IMG/VR virus record: IMGVR_UViG_3300020045_015293
Location: 24,641-88,640 of that record
DNA length: 64,000 nt
Source of the DNA: a virus
Lineage: Duplodnaviria; Caudoviricetes
Reading direction: 5' to 3' (one strand)
Part shown: positions 32,798 to 41,619 of the stretch, in pieces
Numbering within the stretch: the stretch's first letter is position 1
Layout: every line of letters begins with the position of its first letter
Notes under the pieces: model-generated
What the model saw: the letters and a program-made list of their open reading frames with translations, nothing else
What the model was told of the DNA's origin: nothing
Database searches by the model: none
Program-made: the position numbers and the translations under genes

Positions 32798-34363
32798 ATG
32801 AAATACAACAAAAAATCAATGACTGCTGTATCAACAGTACAAACACATCAAGGTGGAATGGGTTTCCAACTTGAACCAAAATTAGAATTAATTGCATTAC
32901 TTGCTTCAGGTATTGAAAACAAGTATTATGAAAAAGAATCTGAACGTGAACAACGTTTAAATAAATTAGTATCAGAAATAGCTGTGAAAGATAAAAATTT
33001 TGTAGCTAAAGCATTAATATATGCTCGTACTAAAATGGGTCAACGTTCTGTTACTCATATAGGAGCAGTTAATTTAGCTAAATTTTTAAGTGGTGATGGA
33101 TTAGGTTCTCGTTTTTTCTCAAAACGTGATAGAAAAGAAAATAAAGGAGGAATAGTATTCCGTTTAGATGATATGCTTGAAATAGCAGCATGTTATCAAG
33201 CTAAAAATCCAAATACAAAAACAAGAAAAAATGGATCACCTTCAATGACATTGCCAAATTCTATTAAAAAAGGATTTAAATCAGCTTTAGAAGCAGCTGA
33301 TGAATATGAATTAGCTAAATATCAAGGTAAAACAAGAGACATATCATTAGTTGATATTTGTAATTTGGTTCATCCTAAGCCATCTAAAAAAATGGTACCA
33401 GTATTTAAAAAATTGATGAATGGTGAATTAAAACAATTTAATACTGTTGAAGATAAAAACTCTGCTGCTGGGCAAGAAGTGGCTGCAGCGATTGCAAGTG
33501 GAGAAATGAGTGCAACTGAAGCTAAAGTTGCTTTACAAGAAGCAAAAGAAGAAAATTATGCTGAACTAATAAGAAATAAAAAAATTGGTTATTTAGCATT
33601 ATTACGTAATTTACGTAATATTTTAAAAAATACCACTGATAAAACACTTATTAATGATGCTTGTGATTTATTAACAGATGCTAAATTTGTAAGAAATTCA
33701 TTAGTGTTTCCTCACCAAATTGATATAGCATTAGAAATAATGTTATCTGAATTTGGAGTTTCAAAAATGGGTAAATTTGCTACTGCTTTGAATACAGCAT
33801 ATGAATTAGCAATTCCAAATTTAACTGAATTATTTACTTCAGGTAAAACTGCAGTTGTATTTGATTCTTCAGGTTCAATGAGTGCATCTATTATGTTAAG
33901 TAATAAAAGTAGAGGTAGCGAAGCTGCTTTAGATAAAGCTGTTTTAATAGCTGCTACTTTAGCTAAAGGTATAGGTGCTGATGTTTATACATTTGCAAAT
34001 AATTGTCATTCTATTTCTTATAATCCAGGTGATACTGTTAATACTTTGAAGAAACATTTTAAATCTAGTGCTCATGCTGGAGGAGGAACATATTTTGGTT
34101 CAATATTCCAAGTTTTAGGAACTAAATATGATCGTGTATTTGTTATTTCAGATGAACAAGGTGCTGATTCATTAGAAAGAAGTTCATATTCAAATACTCA
34201 TATTTACTCTATAAATTTATGTGGTTATGGAACTACAATGTTTAAACCAGGTAATAAAGTTTATAGATTATTTGGATATGGAGCTGATATATATGAATTA
34301 ATTAAAAAAGTAGAAGTAGATCCTAAAGCAATATTAGCTGAAATTGAAGCAATTCAAATATAA
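32798..34363 (+). CDS. rsr: Ro60/TROVE-domain RNA-binding protein with C-terminal vWA domain
   Basis: THQGGMGF, R...G.RS, YEL.KY, LVHPKP, ALLRNLRN, FDSSGSM MIDAS, GGGT, VISDEQ. Confidence 0.92.
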   Translation: MKYNKKSMTAVSTVQTHQGGMGFQLEPKLELIALLASGIENKYYEKESEREQRLNKLVSEIAVKDKNFVAKALIYARTKMGQRSVTHIGAVNLAKFLSGDGLGSRFFSKRDRKENKGGIVFRLDDMLEIAACYQAKNPNTKTRKNGSPSMTLPNSIKKGFKSALEAADEYELAKYQGKTRDISLVDICNLVHPKPSKKMVPVFKKLMNGELKQFNTVEDKNSAAGQEVAAAIASGEMSATEAKVALQEAKEENYAELIRNKKIGYLALLRNLRNILKNTTDKTLINDACDLLTDAKFVRNSLVFPHQIDIALEIMLSEFGVSKMGKFATALNTAYELAIPNLTELFTSGKTAVVFDSSGSMSASIMLSNKSRGSEAALDKAVLIAATLAKGIGADVYTFANNCHSISYNPGDTVNTLKKHFKSSAHAGGGTYFGSIFQVLGTKYDRVFVISDEQGADSLERSSYSNTHIYSINLCGYGTTMFKPGNKVYRLFGYGADIYELIKKVEVDPKAILAEIEAIQI

Positions 34364-34423
34364 CTTGCAGGAAGACCGTACCGAGTATTGGAGAAGGATT
34401 TTTAACCGATTAAATAACGAAAA

Positions 34424-34660
34424 ATGATAACAGAACAGGATTTACACGAATACAATAAATGGCTAATGGAAGTTTGGAATCCAAAACAACTTAACATACC
34501 ATTTGCTATTGATGCACCGAAGGCATTTTTAGACCACAGAAGCAAGGTTAAAAATCTTTCTTCCAATACTTTGTTAGGTGATAGTTTGCCGATTAAAAGC
34601 AACTGCCCTGACTGTGGAACTGAATGTGATAATGTGATACACTTTTGCCCGAAGCGATAA
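34424..34660 (+). CDS. hypothetical protein with C-terminal CPDC...C zinc ribbon
   Basis: ORF with higher GC than flanks. Confidence 0.5.
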   Translation: MITEQDLHEYNKWLMEVWNPKQLNIPFAIDAPKAFLDHRSKVKNLSSNTLLGDSLPIKSNCPDCGTECDNVIHFCPKR

Positions 34661-34712
34661 TGTTAAGGCAAATTTCACCTAACGCTCGGATTTAAATTGA
34701 CAGGAGGTTCAT

Positions 34713-34741
34713 ATCCCCTTGGAATATAGGGGATATTTTTT
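34713..34741 (+). terminator. intrinsic terminator
   Basis: atatcccc/ggggatat hairpin followed by T run. Confidence 0.65.
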
Positions 34742-35007
34742 AAAATTATATAAATTAAGTATTAAAGAATATTTTAAAATAAAAAGTTATGAAAAATAAA
34801 AATATTAGAAGAATATTATGTATAATTGGAATAATAATTGCTATAATTGGAATAATTTTTCATTTTCCTCCATTAGATATGATTTTTTGTATAATTGGTG
34901 GAGGTATGACAGGGTATTTTTCATTTGATTTATTTTAAATTTTTGATATATTTATATATGAAAAATAAATTTATGGAGAGAACAATAGGATAGATAAGAC
35001 CGCCTTA

Positions 35008-35092
35008 AAATAATTTAGTAGTGATATAAGTGTTACATCGCTAACCAAAACAATGAGAAATATACACTTATAAATTTTCTCTAAACTTATTT
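35008..35092 (+). ncRNA. UACAUCGC-motif RNA, copy D
   Basis: aaataatttag/ctaaacttattt, tagtgat..aaattttct, ataagtgt/acacttat, tacatcgc. Confidence 0.6.
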
Positions 35093-35112
35093 AAAACAAA
35101 TGGAGGTAAACA

Positions 35113-35592
35113 ATGAATAAAATATTTAAAACATTAGGAACAAGAGAAGAAGTTGACTTAATACCATATATTACAGAATATTTAATTAAATATCCAGAAA
35201 CTGAAATATTAATTGGTTGTGATTCTCAAAATAGAAAACGCAATACTGTATATGCAACTTGTGTAGTATTATATAGGCCCCAAAAAGGTGGTCACGTATT
35301 ATATGCACGTCAAGAATTACCAAGAGTACGTGTTATTAAAGGTGAATTTGATAAAATGCGTTTATTAAATGAAACTTGGTTTTCAGTAGAAGTAGCTGAA
35401 GCAATTAGAGAAGGTGTTGGTAGAAGGGCAACATGGATTGATATTGATATAAACAATGACAAAAAATGGAAAAGTAATACTGTATTAGCAGAAGCTTTAG
35501 GTTTAGTAACTGCATATGGATATTCACCAAGGTATAAAAATTCTCAATTTACACCTGTTGTAACATATTGTTGCGACAACTTAGTAAAGTAG
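35113..35592 (+). CDS. RNase H-like YkuK/DUF458 family protein
   Basis: ILIGCDSQ, GGHVLY, RLLNE.W.SVE.A, IDIDIN motifs. Confidence 0.8.
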   Translation: MNKIFKTLGTREEVDLIPYITEYLIKYPETEILIGCDSQNRKRNTVYATCVVLYRPQKGGHVLYARQELPRVRVIKGEFDKMRLLNETWFSVEVAEAIREGVGRRATWIDIDINNDKKWKSNTVLAEALGLVTAYGYSPRYKNSQFTPVVTYCCDNLVK

Positions 35593-35620
35593 AGGAATTA
35601 AAATTTAAAATAAACCTATA

Positions 35621-35656
35621 TAAAAGGGGATTTTGTTAACCAAAGTCCCTTTTTTA
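35621..35656 (+). terminator. intrinsic terminator
   Basis: aaaaggggattt/aaagtcccttttt. Confidence 0.65.
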
Positions 35657-35724
35657 ATTTTACGTCACTTAAATAAAAGATTATGTCAAATAAAAAAATC
35701 AAAAAATTAATCAAAAAAGTTTGG

Positions 35725-35823
35725 AAAAAACTATCACAATAAAAAATAAGCTGTCCTTCTCTGTAATCTACTGTCCATGCGACCGGACATAAAAAAATTA
35801 TTAATTAAAATAAATGTTATGAA
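35725..35823 (+). repeat. 99-bp direct repeat, copy 1
   Basis: Near-identical to 38774-38872. Confidence 0.9.
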
Positions 35824-35893
35824 CCCAATTAAAGTACCAACAATCAATGTAATTCCTCAACCCAATATATTTGTGTTGGAAGAAGATTAAGTT

Positions 35894-36124
35894 ATGAAAT
35901 TAAGTAATGATAAAATAAAAGAACTAAATGATAAATTCTTAGGAAAAAGAATTGAAATTCCTCATAGACATTCTCAAGGACTTGGTTCACCTAAAGAAAC
36001 AGTAGCTGGTATTTGTACTTTTATAGGATATAATTCACATTTTCCTAATAAAGGGTTGCAAGTAACTATTGATAGAATGCCTATAATTAATGTTGATTAT
36101 ACTCAAATTAAATTTATATATTAA
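35894..36124 (+). CDS. hypothetical protein
   Basis: ORF. Confidence 0.5.
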   Translation: MKLSNDKIKELNDKFLGKRIEIPHRHSQGLGSPKETVAGICTFIGYNSHFPNKGLQVTIDRMPIINVDYTQIKFIY

Positions 36125-36139
36125 TAAAATAATTTAATT

Positions 36140-36394
36140 ATGACAACAGAACAATTTATTATACTTATAATATTGAACCTACTTATAATTACTCCTATTA
36201 TAATAGGGATTTATAAAGTACAAAAATGGTGGTTTATAGTATTGATTTTTCTTGCTTTCTTTTCATTGATTACTATTGATGGGATCTTTATATCATATGT
36301 AACAGAAGGAAACAAGAAACCAGTTACAACTCCAATAGATAGATATGAACAGGTAATAATACCAAATGACACTCTCTATCGTAAAATTAAATAA
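36140..36394 (+). CDS. hypothetical membrane protein
   Basis: Two TM segments. Confidence 0.5.
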   Translation: MTTEQFIILIILNLLIITPIIIGIYKVQKWWFIVLIFLAFFSLITIDGIFISYVTEGNKKPVTTPIDRYEQVIIPNDTLYRKIK

Positions 36395-36532
36395 CTATGA
36401 AACTACTTAATCTGATATTTTTTGCAGTTACATGTTATTTTATGGTGACATATAATCCTCTGTCATTCTTTTCAGGATTGGGGTTTGGATATACATTATC
36501 ACGAATAAAACCTACAAAATAAATAATGAAAA

Positions 36533-36754
36533 ATGAAAGTTGAAATAGCTGCTGAAAGGTGTTTTTGGATTTACGATAGGACTATCAAAGTAAATAGTTT
36601 GCCGCCCGTTGGGAGTAAAATAGAACTTGATGGTGAAGCAATGTTTATCGTTAAATGGCATTATTATAGGGGGCATAAAGATTGGAGGGGAAGGCTTATT
36701 TGTAGATTAGTTGGAGAATTTAAGTTTGTAGAAAAAGAAGAACAAGATAAATAA
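36533..36754 (+). CDS. hypothetical protein
   Basis: ORF. Confidence 0.5.
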   Translation: MKVEIAAERCFWIYDRTIKVNSLPPVGSKIELDGEAMFIVKWHYYRGHKDWRGRLICRLVGEFKFVEKEEQDK

Positions 36755-36777
36755 TAAACCATTTTTAAAATAATTAA

Positions 36778-36981
36778 TTGAGTATGAAAATCGGAAAATT
36801 GAAAGTAAAATTTGTAATGAGTACTGGCAATGTAGTTGTGGTTAAGTGTAAGAAAATTAATATGACAAAACTAAGCGGCTCAAAAGGAAGTAGAGAGTGC
36901 GAGATTACTGCCGCCGACAGATTATGGAGTATTGACTTAGACCATGTTGTTGCTGTTACTGCAAAATGGTGTCTGTTTTAA
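36778..36981 (+). CDS. hypothetical protein
   Basis: ORF. Confidence 0.45.
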   Translation: MSMKIGKLKVKFVMSTGNVVVVKCKKINMTKLSGSKGSRECEITAADRLWSIDLDHVVAVTAKWCLF

Positions 36982-37002
36982 AAGTAATACCTATTTTGGG
37001 AT

Positions 37003-37248
37003 ATGAAAATGATTAATTTGGAAGAAGCAAAAAAAGTTATTGCAGAGTATCTAAACAAGGATGCTTATATTCTTGCAAACATTAAGCGTTGGTGGGGAGA
37101 AAATGGCGCAGATGATAATTCGTGCCAACTATCTGAATATTGGGATTCGTGTGAAGAAACAATTAAATATTCAAAAAAGAAAGTTGATGGCAGAAAGTAC
37201 AACGGCAACCATCACAATTTCGCAGGGAAGAAAAACCATAACCAATAA
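37003..37248 (+). CDS. hypothetical protein
   Basis: ORF ending Q-TAA. Confidence 0.45.
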   Translation: MKMINLEEAKKVIAEYLNKDAYILANIKRWWGENGADDNSCQLSEYWDSCEETIKYSKKKVDGRKYNGNHHNFAGKKNHNQ

Positions 37249-37277
37249 GTACAGTAACCAATTAAAATTAATGATAT

Positions 37278-37529
37278 ATGAAAAAATCTGAAAAGTACTT
37301 TGTTGAAAGAATTTGTATGGGAGGGGATTGTACGGCAAAGTCACAAAAGTTCATATATGCTCCGGCTGCTCAAACAGCGGCATCAATGTTTTCCTCTGAA
37401 GTATTGGATATGGCTATTAAAAGAGTTAATAGGGGTGCTAATATTAATGGGATAAAAGGCTTGTGTGCAAAGAAAGACGTTATCGCTATATTAAAAGAAC
37501 TTCAAAAAGAAAAGTTTTCAATACAGTAA
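37278..37529 (+). CDS. hypothetical protein
   Basis: ORF ending Q-TAA. Confidence 0.5.
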   Translation: MKKSEKYFVERICMGGDCTAKSQKFIYAPAAQTAASMFSSEVLDMAIKRVNRGANINGIKGLCAKKDVIAILKELQKEKFSIQ

Positions 37530-37555
37530 CCAATAACCATTAAACAATAAAATTT

Positions 37556-37783
37556 ATGGCAAAGACAGCTATGCAGGAATTGATTGAAAGACTTGAAGAT
37601 TATCTATCATCCTCATTTAATGTGGCAATACCAAAGCATATAAAAAGAGAATCACTTGAAAAAGAAAAGCAGCAGATAATAGATGCTGTTCAGTATGGGG
37701 TTAATAGTGTAGGCCAATTCAATACAAATAATCCAAAATACAAAACACCCGAAGATTACTACAACCAAATCTTTAACCAATAA
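37556..37783 (+). CDS. hypothetical protein, paralog of 55265-55486(-)
   Basis: TAMQELIE...EKEKQQIIDA...YYNQ.F. Confidence 0.6.
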   Translation: MAKTAMQELIERLEDYLSSSFNVAIPKHIKRESLEKEKQQIIDAVQYGVNSVGQFNTNNPKYKTPEDYYNQIFNQ

Positions 37784-37807
37784 CCCTACGGGGAATAAAA
37801 ATGAATT

Positions 37808-38086
37808 ATGGAAAGAAATGATGTTTACGCTGCTATTAACAGCGAAAGAGATTATCAGAACGAATTATGGAACGGAACAAAATCAAGCCGCCAACCATCG
37901 GATAGTCCTAATGCAATGGAAAGAACGATTGATGAGTTCGCATTGTATGTAACAAGATATACAAATCGTTTAATTGAAGTATGTGGCACAACAGACTATC
38001 CAGAAGAAAAGATGGAAGTGTTCAGAAAGATAGCTGCTTTATGTGTCGCTTGTGGCGAGGCTCATGGTATGCTAAAAAGACAATAA
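37808..38086 (+). CDS. hypothetical all-alpha protein, possibly MazG-like
   Basis: ERDYQ..W; FRKIAALCVACGE. Confidence 0.45.
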   Translation: MERNDVYAAINSERDYQNELWNGTKSSRQPSDSPNAMERTIDEFALYVTRYTNRLIEVCGTTDYPEEKMEVFRKIAALCVACGEAHGMLKRQ

Positions 38087-38115
38087 CCCTACGGGGTGAA
38101 GTTCTTTAAAATATT

Positions 38116-38293
38116 GCGGGTATGGCGAAACTGGCAGACGCATTGCCTCCTTTTGAAATAAGCTGATGGATAAAGGCAAGTATAAAAGGGAATGCTTATT
38201 AGCACTGAATATTGACGAATATTCTTTGATGCAGGAAATATTTGGCTCCGTAAAACCTCTCCCTTCGTATGAGTTCGATTCTCATTACCCGCA
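38116..38293 (+). ncRNA. 178-nt tRNA-Leu-like RNA with expanded anticodon loop and variable arm
   Basis: gcgggta/tacccgc+A; Leu-type D-loop aaactggcagac; T-arm atgag-ttcgatt-ctcat; ttgcc/ggcaa closes a 27-nt loop. Confidence 0.65.
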
Positions 38294-38310
38294 CATCTAT
38301 TAAGTTCTTT

Positions 38311-38399
38311 GTACTGGTAAGTGGTGGCGGAGGTTTCTATGAATAAAAAGCTACCCCGTTGATATTACGGGACGGATTCTGACCGCCCACTGCCAGTAC
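38311..38399 (+). ncRNA. unassigned long hairpin RNA
   Basis: gtactggt..gtgg/ccactgccagtac, ggcgg/ccgcc, cccgt/acggg; follows a boxA-like site. Confidence 0.5.
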
Positions 38400-38587
38400 A
38401 TTTTTTAAACAGTAAACATATGAAGCCATTAGAAAGAAAATTGCTTAAAAACAAGATAGCAAATAAACTTGTTTCTTACATTCAAAAGGAGGGTATTAAA
38501 CTTTCTGATAAAGATTTCAAAGCCGTAATAAGAATGACAATCAGAAAATATTTAAAGTTGAAATCTATAATCTAAAAACAGATAACA

Positions 38588-38791
38588 ATGGCAACAAGAG
38601 AAGAAACACTTGAAATGGCACACCTTGACAAGAGTTATATGACTCCACCAAATGTCAATTATACCACTGTATATAAAGCAATGGATATGTGGGCAAAACA
38701 GGAATGTGCTGCTAAAGATGCAGAAATAGAAAGGCTACATATTTTGATTGATGGCTTAAATAAAATAATTGATAAAAAACTATCACAATAA
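38588..38791 (+). CDS. hypothetical protein whose C-terminus lies inside the direct repeat
   Basis: Ends KKLSQ* like the 19-aa ORF at 35684-35743. Confidence 0.5.
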   Translation: MATREETLEMAHLDKSYMTPPNVNYTTVYKAMDMWAKQECAAKDAEIERLHILIDGLNKIIDKKLSQ

Positions 38792-38872
38792 AAAATAAGC
38801 TGTCCTTCTCTGTAGCCTAGTGTCCTTGCTACCGGACATAAAAAAATTATTAATTAAAATAAATGTTATGAA
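38774..38872 (+). repeat. 99-bp direct repeat, copy 2
   Basis: Near-identical to 35725-35823. Confidence 0.9.
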
Positions 38873-39077
38873 ATCAGTAATTAAATATTATAAAAAAAAA
38901 TATTTTGCTTTTATTAAAAAGAGATTTTTGGGTATTCCTTATTTATTATTTGTAAAGTACTATCCTGGTTCGGATGAGCTTTTTACACGCATTATACCGC
39001 CATTTGTGTTTTTATATGAACATGATTCAATAGAAGAAGCACAAAGAAGCATTGACGAATATTTTAAAAGAATTTAA
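38868..39077 (+). CDS. hypothetical protein
   Basis: ORF; start moved to MKSVIK. Confidence 0.45.
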   Translation: MKSVIKYYKKKYFAFIKKRFLGIPYLLFVKYYPGSDELFTRIIPPFVFLYEHDSIEEAQRSIDEYFKRI

Positions 39078-39124
39078 TTTATTTTTATTATTTAATTTTT
39101 AATATTTATATCAAATTTATTGAT

Positions 39125-39577
39125 ATGAAATATTTATTAATTATTCTATTATTATTATCATCATGTATTAAACCACTTAATAACACATTACGAATTAAAG
39201 TATTAGAAAATTGGCCAATTGTTAAAGGATGTTTAAATGGGAAAGAAGCATGGTTTTTATTAGATACTGGTGCCTCTGGATTTAATTTATTGAATATAAC
39301 AGACAGCTCAACATATCATTTTGATATTTCAAATAAATATCAAATTATTAAAGGAATAGGGGGGTATTCCATTACATATTTAATAGAAAATATTCAACTT
39401 AATTTTAATAAAACTAAAATAAATTCAAAATTTATTTCATATGATGTAGATTATATTTTTGATGAATTTGAAATTAAAACAGGTATTAATATAACAGGAA
39501 TTATAGGAAGTGAAGTTTTTATACAATATGGAGCAATAATAAATTATAAAGAAAATACAATAACCTTTACTAAATAA
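39125..39577 (+). CDS. retropepsin-like aspartyl protease, lipoprotein-like signal
   Basis: FLLDTGAS; GIIGSE; LLSSC N-terminus. Confidence 0.8.
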   Translation: MKYLLIILLLLSSCIKPLNNTLRIKVLENWPIVKGCLNGKEAWFLLDTGASGFNLLNITDSSTYHFDISNKYQIIKGIGGYSITYLIENIQLNFNKTKINSKFISYDVDYIFDEFEIKTGINITGIIGSEVFIQYGAIINYKENTITFTK

Positions 39578-39646
39578 ATTCCAAAATTTTTTTATTATTT
39601 TTACATAAATAAAATAAAAAGTTATGAAAACATTAGAATTAGTAAA

Positions 39647-39874
39647 ATGAAACCAACACCATTACAATCAGAAAAATTACAGTTATTAGATAACTTGCGT
39701 TTAAATATAGATAATTTAAATGAAGAAGATTTAGAAATAATTCAATCATTATCTAATAAAGGTTATAATAAACATTATTTAAGTGAAATAAAAAATGAAG
39801 CATATAATATAGGATTCATATATGGTGAATATGCCGGTTATAAACAAAGTTTAGTAGAAAATATTTTTTTATAA
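39647..39874 (+). CDS. hypothetical protein
   Basis: ORF. Confidence 0.5.
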   Translation: MKPTPLQSEKLQLLDNLRLNIDNLNEEDLEIIQSLSNKGYNKHYLSEIKNEAYNIGFIYGEYAGYKQSLVENIFL

Positions 39875-39890
39875 AATAAAAACAAAGGTT

Positions 39891-40955
39891 ATGAAAAATT
39901 TTAAGTATAAAATTACAGTTAGTGGTTCAAAAGAAAATTTAAGTAAATTTTGGTCTGAATTATTAAGAATGGGGTATAGTTCTGGAAGAAATGAATTCAA
40001 TGGAGAAAATAATTATACCATTACAGTTAATTATGCTAATTATGATAGAAAAATAATAAAACCAGGATTAATAAATTATTTTTCAAATCCATATAGTGAT
40101 TGGGTTAAAAATCCTGAGTATTGTATAGATTATAGTTTTCAAATCAATAATCAAAATGAATTTGATGCTGCATTAGCAATTGCTGCAATTACTAATGACC
40201 TTAATTATAATATAGGAGAAATAATTCTGGCTATTAAAGATTCAAATGATATAATGACAGATATTAAAAAAGGAGACTTGTATTTAATTACAGATATCCA
40301 AAAGGAGTTTAGATCAAATATAACTGAAAATTGGTATTATTATAAACGTATAAATCGTAAAGGAGAAAAAAAATTATCATCATTTTCTGAGGGAAGTAAT
40401 TTTAAAAATGCAATGTCTTGTAAAGCATCTGTTGATGAAATATTAAATTTTTATAATATATCTAATATAAATCAAAATCCAAATATTGGATATAAATGCC
40501 CTACAGATTTATTTAATGGAAAAGTGAAAAAAGGAACTATTTTTAAAAAATATATTACTAATATTGGATATTCCACTACAAAAGAACATTGGGAATCATG
40601 TGGTGGTGTATCTCCATATAATCTTCCTAATGAAATTGTAGAACAATGGGAAAAAGTTGAAGATATAAAAACAATAAATGTTACATGTGGAAACAATAAT
40701 GTTAAATTTGATATTACTTCAAACAGTGATATTATAAAAGTTACAAGTAAATATGGACCTGAAATATATCCCATTAAAGATGTTGAAGAAATATTAAAAA
40801 TAGTTTTACATTCTCCAATTTTGCTTCATCAACATACTGCTTGTATTGATAATAACATTAGATTTATTAGAGTAGGTTGTGAAGAACACAATAATTTATT
40901 TTCAATAGATGATTTAAAAATGGTATGGGATACATGGAAAAAATTAAATGAATAA
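39891..40955 (+). CDS. modular hypothetical protein with C-terminal GC[QGE] domain
   Basis: IRVGCEEHNNLFS; LPNEIVEQWE module. Confidence 0.6.
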   Translation: MKNFKYKITVSGSKENLSKFWSELLRMGYSSGRNEFNGENNYTITVNYANYDRKIIKPGLINYFSNPYSDWVKNPEYCIDYSFQINNQNEFDAALAIAAITNDLNYNIGEIILAIKDSNDIMTDIKKGDLYLITDIQKEFRSNITENWYYYKRINRKGEKKLSSFSEGSNFKNAMSCKASVDEILNFYNISNINQNPNIGYKCPTDLFNGKVKKGTIFKKYITNIGYSTTKEHWESCGGVSPYNLPNEIVEQWEKVEDIKTINVTCGNNNVKFDITSNSDIIKVTSKYGPEIYPIKDVEEILKIVLHSPILLHQHTACIDNNIRFIRVGCEEHNNLFSIDDLKMVWDTWKKLNE

Positions 40956-40966
40956 TATTTATATTT

Positions 40967-41308
40967 ATGAAAACCGTTCCTCAATCCTCTGTATGTAATT
41001 ATACAAATAATAATAAAAAAGAAATTCATATAAGTAATATAAGAATTAGGAATGTTATAGAAATAAATGCTAAATGGTATTGTAAATCAACATTTAATTC
41101 TGAATATGTTGAATTAAATAGAGGTACTATTGCAAAAGTAATTGCTATTAATCAAAAACAATTTGCTAACTATGAAAATAATTTACCATTACAAAATAGT
41201 TTTCAGTTAGATTTATTAATAGAACTAAATAATAAATCACGTTATTATGTTCCTTCATTAATTTGTAAAAAAATTGAAAATAAATGGAATAAATTTTTAT
41301 CTAAATGA
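40967..41308 (+). CDS. hypothetical protein
   Basis: ORF. Confidence 0.5.
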   Translation: MKTVPQSSVCNYTNNNKKEIHISNIRIRNVIEINAKWYCKSTFNSEYVELNRGTIAKVIAINQKQFANYENNLPLQNSFQLDLLIELNNKSRYYVPSLICKKIENKWNKFLSK

Positions 41309-41619
41309 AAATACTTTCCACTAAACGTATTAATGAAATAAAAAGAATTTTTGAAGCAGATGTTAAAAAATACTTCAAATATGAAATAGAATCTGGAAGA
41401 GTTCATTGGGGATATCAACAAATTGATGAACCTAAAATAAAAAAAGTTGAAAACATTTATATAAGTGGTTATGAAAGTATTTTTTTTGAATTAATTAAAC
41501 AGGATAAAAAACATAAAATATTATTTACTGAAGAAACAAAAATAATTAGAATATTATTAAGTTATAATCAAAATAATAATGTTGGTTTTAGAGTAAGTGC
41601 AACATTGGAGTTTTTATGA
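41305..41619 (+). CDS. hypothetical protein (MKILS leader)
   Basis: ORF with stop/start overlap. Confidence 0.5.
   Translation: MKILSTKRINEIKRIFEADVKKYFKYEIESGRVHWGYQQIDEPKIKKVENIYISGYESIFFELIKQDKKHKILFTEETKIIRILLSYNQNNNVGFRVSATLEFL

Noticed and set aside
34364-34700. Fifth UACAUCGC-type RNA after Ro60, split by the 34424-34660 ORF
   Set aside because: Only ccgagt/gctcgg pairing and a one-sided ACCTAAC site; conserved loop sequences are absent.
38116-38293. tmRNA or group I intron-containing tRNA
   Set aside because: No G3:U70 pair, has a D-stem, no tag ORF; insert too short and lacks recognisable intron core elements.
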